DNA of 63,786 nucleotides, the filler included, from Olpidium bornovanus S191 (lineage: Eukaryota; Fungi; Olpidiomycota): the NCBI GenBank assembly GCA_017911155.1. It is 27 parts of 27 records of this genome, joined end to end, with 100 filler letters (N's around TTAATTAATTAA, not from the genome) between each part and the next. Parts side by side here need not be neighbours in the genome. Positions count along the whole stretch, not along the records: positions 56,197 to 57,780 come from JAEFCI010007955.1; positions 57,881 to 59,157 come from JAEFCI010003789.1; positions 59,258 to 60,552 come from JAEFCI010007042.1; positions 60,653 to 63,786 come from JAEFCI010011014.1; 23 more parts are not named here. One strand, 5' to 3'. Below are positions 57,703 through 63,786 of this stretch, piece after piece. Made by a program: the position numbers and the translations under genes. Position 1 is the stretch's first letter. Every line of letters starts with the position of its first letter. Below the pieces are notes generated by a model. That model was not told where the DNA came from, ran no database searches, and was given only the letters and a program-made list of their open reading frames with translations.

Positions 57703-57880
57703 GTTGACGTCGAGAAACTTATTGCGCCTATTCGCCGCACAGCCGAAGCACGCGTCGCGGAGATGGCCGACGAGAACATGNNNNNNNNNNNNNNNNNNNN
57801 NNNNNNNNNNNNNNNNNNNNNNNNTTAATTAATTAANNNNNNNNNNNNNNNNNNNNNNNNNNNNNNNNNNNNNNNNNNNN

Positions 57881-59050
57881 GCCGGATGCACTCACACCGC
57901 GACATTGGTGGATGAAGGGTACCCCACCACGGGAACTGATGAGAGATGTCCGGAGGCGGTCCTGCCCAGCTTCCAAGAACTGGCTCCACCCGCCGATCAT
58001 GTGACTGAAGGTGATACCGAAGAGCGCTATACCGCCGTCTACCGCGTCACCTCGCGCCCACAAGGCGACCCCGCTTCGGAAGCTGTGCTTTGCGGAGGGC
58101 CAGAAAGCTCCTCGAACACCAGTTGCTCGAAGCTCGCCACGTCACCGGATGCAAATATGATGTCCAACGACATCGTTCTCCACAAAAATCATCATTTGCA
58201 CGAGGGTTTTCCGCAAATCCCGCGCTCCGTCATGTTTGCCTCCCGATCAGCATGTTGCCTGTACGATCCCACGTCAATCGAGTACCTGGTCCTTCGCACT
58301 CGGATATTGGAACTGATCATCGAGTCCGAGATCCGCTACGTGATGGAGCTTTCCGGTCGTCACTATCCACCTCTACCTTCATCACATTATACTGCGCGGG
58401 GGACCGGCCCGTTCAACCTCCCGCCGATGATCGACGCCGTCTACCGCCGGTTTCTGCGCGAGTGTCCGATCTTACCCAAAGGCTCCGTTTCCGCCCTGGA
58501 CGGTATTGCACGCGACCACGCACCGGTCTTCCTCGCTCATATCCAGATCGCCGCCAAGATCAACCTCCCGCGACTGATCGAGTTTTTCTTTACGATGGTG
58601 CTTCATCTCAAGTCTGAGGTGTGGCCGGTCGGGAAGATTGATGGCATCAAGCAGAACGAGAACCTCCTGGAAACCCATCCGCTTCTGTATCTCCATCCAC
58701 CTCACGGCTTTCGCATCGTTCCCGAGAGATCGCCCATCACCGAACACGCGAAAGTGGACCGGTTCAAAATCTCTTACGACGCAACTGCGGGGCCAAATGA
58801 GACCCCAAGGGTATTGAGGCGTCGCCAGGCCTTCGTCAATGCGTGGAGACGGTTTGCCATCGCTGCCGCGCAATGCCTTGAGAAATTTTCGGTAGACGAC
58901 GCCTTTGCCGTGATAGTGTTTGAGGCTGCCAGCAGTGCAAATACGTTCCAGGACCTTTCGCCTCTCTGGCGGGAGTGGGCCGAGTCGTTGCTTGCCGCTT
59001 TTGCGAGAACTATCGACATAATTCTGGTAGGTGGCTGCATGAAGGTGTAG
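57881..59050 (+). CDS. Hypothetical protein, intronless, 5'-truncated
   Basis: ORF of at least 381 aa: low-complexity N-terminus, then a globular-looking helical region (YLVLRTRILELIIESEIRYVME...FNLPPMIDAVYRRFLREC...AFVNAWRRFA). No family recognised. Confidence 0.55.
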   Translation, partial: AGCTHTATLVDEGYPTTGTDERCPEAVLPSFQELAPPADHVTEGDTEERYTAVYRVTSRPQGDPASEAVLCGGPESSSNTSCSKLATSPDANMMSNDIVLHKNHHLHEGFPQIPRSVMFASRSACCLYDPTSIEYLVLRTRILELIIESEIRYVMELSGRHYPPLPSSHYTARGTGPFNLPPMIDAVYRRFLRECPILPKGSVSALDGIARDHAPVFLAHIQIAAKINLPRLIEFFFTMVLHLKSEVWPVGKIDGIKQNENLLETHPLLYLHPPHGFRIVPERSPITEHAKVDRFKISYDATAGPNETPRVLRRRQAFVNAWRRFAIAAAQCLEKFSVDDAFAVIVFEAASSANTFQDLSPLWREWAESLLAAFARTIDIILVGGCMKV

Positions 59051-59365
59051 TTACTGCGACCATTTTTTTGCTAAACGGATTTCGGTTCGTTGTCCCATTT
59101 TGTCGCAGTCGGATGACCGTTACAGAGCCACAGTAACTCGTGCCTGGAAGCTGGTCCNNNNNNNNNNNNNNNNNNNNNNNNNNNNNNNNNNNNNNNNNNN
59201 NTTAATTAATTAANNNNNNNNNNNNNNNNNNNNNNNNNNNNNNNNNNNNNNNNNNNNCATGCAAAACAACACTCGCCTTCAAAGGAAAGCAGCTAAACGC
59301 GAAAAACTTCGCGCGCACCCCCGCTCGCCCCTCTCGGAAACACTTCCCCAATTTTCCCCGCGGCA

Positions 59366-60552
59366 ATGTCGACCAGCGTTAAGCAGAACGCCTGGTACGC
59401 TGGAAGAGAGCTGCGCGGTGCCTGCCGGAAAGGAGTGAAGGAGGGGGGAGAAAAGGCTGCGTTTGCTGTTCTCGCGGTGTCGGCGCGCTTCTCCCCGTTC
59501 GGCGTCCTCACGCGGTCGATTTCTCTTCGCCTGCTTCCGCCGCCCCGACTTTCCCGCCCCTCCTTTCCCCAAAATTTGCATATCCCGTAAATTTTGAATT
59601 TCAATTTTGTTTTTTATCCCCGCGCGGCAAGCCTTATCTGCATTGACGGCTGGGGAATCTCCCCAGAAGCCGACCCGAAAGGAGACGCAATCCGGAATGC
59701 AGAGACGCCAGTCATGGACAAGTTGGCGAAGGAATACGCTTTCACCAAGGTTGCCGCTCACGGCCTCGCCGTCGGCCTGCCTGATGGCCTCATGGGGAAC
59801 TCCGAAGTTGGTCATTTGAACATCGGTGCCGGCCGCGTCGTCTACCAAGACATTGTCCGTATCGAACTCGCCATGAAGAACAATACCTTCGCCTCCTCCA
59901 AGCCCGTCGCCGACATGCTGGCGCGGGCAAAGAAGAACGGCCGGATTCACTTTTTTGGGCTGGTGCGTGTGTCCGGTCGGTAATGCAATGCCTCCCGCAA
60001 GCGGACTTTCACTGAAACCGCAGACGTCGTTGTACCTGGGTTCGACGTGCCCGATCGTCTTGGCGTTTTCTCTTTGCATGTTCCGCTTCTCCATCGAACA
60101 CGCCTCTCGATCTTTTCGCTCTCGTTTTTGTTTTCGGTTTTCTGCGTTTCTCTTGTCATCTGGTCGTTGCTCTTCTCGTTGATTCTTGAATTCGCTTTCT
60201 TTCACGTTTTTGTTTGTTTTTTCTTTCTCGTTTATTTTTGCCATTTGTTTGTTTGACGTCTCTGTCTGCCCCTTCTTTTTTTTCACCTGTGTGCGTCTCA
60301 TCCTTCCCTGGTTGCAGGTGTCTGACGGTGGCGTGCACAGCCACATCAACCATGTCATGAGGTGCCTTGACGCGGCGAAGGAGGCGGGCGTCGCGAAGGC
60401 TTTCGTGCACTTCATTGGCGACGGTCGTGACACTGCTCCGCGTAGTTCGGGTACGATTTGTTTGACTTGTTTTTCATTTGTAATGCACGTGTTAGTCTAA
60501 GCGCTGTGCCACTTTTCAGCCAAATATCTGGAGGACCTCCAGAACTACATGA
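59366..60552 (+). CDS. gpmI: 2,3-bisphosphoglycerate-independent phosphoglycerate mutase, 3'-truncated
   Basis: MSTSVKQNA(C)|LICIDGWG...AHGLAVGLPDGLMGNSEVGHLNIGAGRVVYQD...GRIHFFGL|VSDGGVHSH...FIGDGRDTAPRSS|AKYL. Confidence 0.96.
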
Positions 60553-61011
60553 NNNNNNNNNNNNNNNNNNNNNNNNNNNNNNNNNNNNNNNNNNNNTTAA
60601 TTAATTAANNNNNNNNNNNNNNNNNNNNNNNNNNNNNNNNNNNNNNNNNNNNCATGACCTGGAACTCGCAGAGCGAGCATTGATTGCATACCCGGGGCGA
60701 AGCTTCCCCCTGTGCTGTGTGACTACTGGTGAAATTTCCCAGTACAAGATAGACCCGCGGCATACCGAAAGCTAGGGGAAGATGGCCCTCGAGAGGAGGC
60801 CCCAGCGGACGGATGCCCCGCTAAGATGCGGCGCAGGAGCCGGAAGCACCCGGTGGCAGCACCTGAGAGTGTGGCGGGCCCGTTACAAAATCGTGCTCGG
60901 AGACGCAGCAAGAAGTCGTGAGACAGGACGTCAGCGAGATGCCGAAATGCTGACGAGAGGCAGCGCTGAGCAGCTGAACAACGGTGGACTCTGATCTCCA
61001 CGATTAGTGGA

Positions 61012-61189
61012 GTACATCAACAACGGCCAGAAGGCCATGCGAGTCCTCATGGGGTAAGCCTCCGTGTTGACCGAAAGGGCGGCCACTGCTCAAAGAGAAC
61101 GTACATCAACAACGGCCAGAAGGCCATGCGAGTCCTCATGGGGTAAGCGTCCGTGTTGACCGAGAGGGCGGCCGCTGCTCAAAGAAAAC
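61012..61189. repeat. 89-nt tandem duplication
   Basis: GTACATCAACAACGGCCAGAAGGCCATGCGAGTCCTCATGGGGTAAGC... starts at 61012 and 61101 with few substitutions. Confidence 0.9.
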
Positions 61190-61199
61190 CAACTCAGGT

Positions 61200-62330
61200 G
61201 GATAGGACCGCGGCTGATCCCCGTCAGACGGGAACCTATCCCATGCCGGTGCGAAATGCACGAACGAGGGCCTGCAAGACGGTAGTAAGGTGGCTACCTG
61301 GCCCATTTCCCTGGAGCTGAAAGCAGAAGTCGCGCGCATAAATAGGCAAGATCCCTTCAAAGTCGTCCAAACAGTCTTTCACACACCCACTTTAGGACCC
61401 GCCGGCCTTGGGATCCAAATCAAGGCGAGCAAGGCGTATCAACGAGTGGGACTCCGCTGGATCAGTGCCCATCCTAGCCGGTCGTCCTTGGTGTGTTGCA
61501 GGAGGCCGCCAACATCCGGATAGCTCCGGCCGGTGTCGTGACAGTTGGCTACTAGATCATGCTCGGCGGTCGCTGACAACTGTGCTACAGGCGGCAGTTT
61601 GTTGGGCATGACGGAGGGGAAGCGGAGCAGGAGGTTGTGGTAATGCTGCTTCAGTGGGCCCTCCTTCATTTCGCCGAGACTTGCTTGTATTCACGCAGCC
61701 AGGGCGGGTGCAGCCGCACGATTTGGAGTCAAAATACTCGAAGGGGCTCTGTACTGTGGGCCCATCAGTCCCGTGCGGGTTCATGAGGATTCCCATCACA
61801 TCATGGTGCCGCAGCGAGCGGAGGGCTTGTTTGGCCGAGATGAGGGATACCTCGCTCTTGGGTGGTCAGGTCAGGTCAGGCGTTGTTGGGGTCAGTGGCA
61901 AGCCTATTGGGTCGAGCGCTGCGGCGGTCGGCCGCGTGCTGGTCTGGTCATGGGGGGCCTGGTCGAGTCCCTGAACTGGCGGCCCCCAAGGGTCAGGGTG
62001 ACGGCCTGCCAGGAGGTGGTAGGGTCGTGCTCTTGGAGCCAGGGCGTTTCTAGGATGAGGTCAGTACCTGATCTCCTGAGTCACGACAAGTCAGTCTGGA
62101 AGGACCAAGGTTGCTTTTCTCTGTCGAGAAGGGCGACCCTGGTCCTGGTCGAGCGGGTTGGACCGACCGCTGGCGCGGCCATCTGCAAAGTGTAGGCGAG
62201 TGGGGTTGTCGGCCTGTGGAAGTCCCTGGGCCACGCGGCAATTCATATGGTTCACGGTGCAGCCGCTGTCAATTAGGGCATTAATAGGCTTGTTACGGAG
62301 GGTGCCGGGGAGGATAAGGAGGCCCCTCCT
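61200..62330 (-). mobile_element. Decayed Ty3/gypsy protease to RT start
   Basis: LLILPGTLRNKPINALIDSGCTVNHM (aspartic protease DSG); DLILETPWLQEHDP.TSWQ; LLLRFPSVMPNKLPP. Multiple stops and frameshifts. Confidence 0.75.
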
Positions 62331-63471
62331 AGAGGTCCTGGTAGGGGGGAGGGGGGGTTCGCCTTGCCCCGAAACCCGAACACCCCCGATTAGATAGATC
62401 TCTGACGCCCCCTCCTTCCCAGATGGAGGATTACACATAGAAATTATGAATAGAGAAAGGGGAGATTTTTTAGTTTTGTTTTGATTCCCCGCCGCTTTGT
62501 TTGTGGCCAGGCCCGGACTCGTTTCCGCACAACGCGCCGGGTCCCAAACCGCGTCGAGGTCTTCTCGGGAGATTCTCGGAAAGGGGAGAGGACGGAACGG
62601 GCTCGAGGTCACGTGGCGGCCACGCAACGCCCTCGGGATTTGCAAATTACTTTTGTGAGCTGGGTCCGCATTCGTGGTTCGGCGGGTGGGGCGACCGCGG
62701 GGAGTCCGGGGGGGGGAAGGGGGGACCCAGGGCACACAGCCCCGGCCCCGGGCGCTCTTCGATTCGTCCCGCTCCTGAAGTGTCGTAGCAGAGAGTGCGG
62801 CGTGTCAAATCCCGAATGGCGTCAGCGGCCGTGAGGGGCGCGTGCCAGGGACAGAATCCCGGGCGGCGGGGCGGCATGACGTGCCGTTTCGGCGTTCGGC
62901 TGCGCGCGTCGACATCGCGCACGAGTCCCAAACGGGAACGAAAACCCCCGGAGAACCCGCCCGACCGTTGCTTCCGGCGGCCCAAAAGGGCAGCAAAACG
63001 TTCCTCTCGTACCGCCACCCGTAACGAGGCGCAGAATCATTTCCGCCCCCCTCCCCACCCCCCTTCGAAAGCCCGTCCGGAACCGCTTGACCAGGTGCAA
63101 AAAAAAAAAACGATCACGTGCGGAGAAGCCAGACCCCCTCCGAACGGTCCAGTGACCCGCCCGCCGAGCGTCCGGGGGCAAAAATCGGCGACTATTTCCC
63201 CCCCCCCTCCTTTTCCTCGACGGCGCCAGCCGCCAAAATGTTGTTCGCGTGGTGATGAAAATGGTACGAGGCGCTTTTCGGGGGGGCGACGCGGTGCGCG
63301 GCCTGTTCGTCTCGCGCTTTTCGCACCGGGACTAAGGGGTGCAGCCGGCAAAAAGATTCCGCCGGCCCGCCGCCCGTTAGGCTCAATAACCCCCTGAGAA
63401 GCACGAAAAAAAGTGGGCACGTCGCCGGCATTGTCTCTCTGCGGAAAGCCTTTGGGACCTCGGCCTTCGGC

Positions 63472-63702
63472 CTAAACCAACTTTTTCGCCTCGAAGAAAC
63501 CCTTCGAGGAGGTTCGGGTAGGGTTGGGGGCGATTAAAAGGCTTCTGCTCGCCGGTTCGGGCAATCACGGCGTGACCGAAACCGTCGGACCTACGAAAAA
63601 AAAAAAAAAAGAAAAAAAATGCGCGCCTCACCTTCAAATTCCTCATTTGCCACGCGCACGTCGCGGCCATGATCAAGAGCTGACAGAGCGCCCAGTACAC
63701 CA
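63472..63702 (-). CDS. p24-alpha (emp24/gp25L; Erp1/TMED9-like) cargo receptor, last two exons
   Basis: CAG|.VYWALCQLLIMAATCAWQMRNLK|GTGAGG...AG|GFFEAKKLV* gives the diagnostic FFEAKKLV C-terminus. Confidence 0.9.
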
Positions 63703-63786
63703 CTGTTTTACGGAGGCCCGGGTGGAGGCGGTGAGATGAATCTGATGAACGAGATCCGGGGCTCCTTTGCGGGGGAGGCGCCGTGC

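Noticed and set aside
62638-62830. ATTTGCAAAT palindrome and a weak tRNA/Pol III-like segment
   Set aside because: No proper A/B boxes or cloverleaf; a single 10-mer palindrome is expected by chance.

Overview
This window is not one continuous locus. It is 27 short eukaryotic contigs (about 1-4 kb each) joined by 26 artificial 100-nt linkers (N44-TTAATTAATTAA-N44), so neighbourhood across contigs is uninformative. Many contig ends fall on CATG, which points to an NlaIII-type cut in library preparation. The DNA is GC-rich and intron-rich and looks fungal. Recognisable, mostly truncated, spliced genes: urease, CLU1, condensin YCG1, APN2, cofactor-independent phosphoglycerate mutase, a p24-alpha cargo receptor, FIBP, MINDY4, the basal-body protein BBOF1, a BK-channel RCK exon, an ACE-like M2 peptidase and three Golgi-type glycosyltransferase-like genes. 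Together they suggest a flagellated, early-diverging (zoosporic) fungus; this is an inference, and an Olpidium/chytrid-like source is plausible but unproven. Decayed Ty1/copia, Ty3/gypsy and possibly DIRS-type retroelement pieces are common. The three most notable observations are: (1) a Ty1/copia pol ORF with an in-frame chromodomain between the integrase C-terminus and RT (38486-38635); (2) a complete secreted prepropeptide with an acidic X-Pro dipeptide pro-segment and a Gly/Lys/Tyr-rich GYGGY-repeat mature region (21434-21790); (3) an intron-rich fungal ACE homologue with one in-frame TAA. All family assignments are from motif recognition by eye; no database searches were run.
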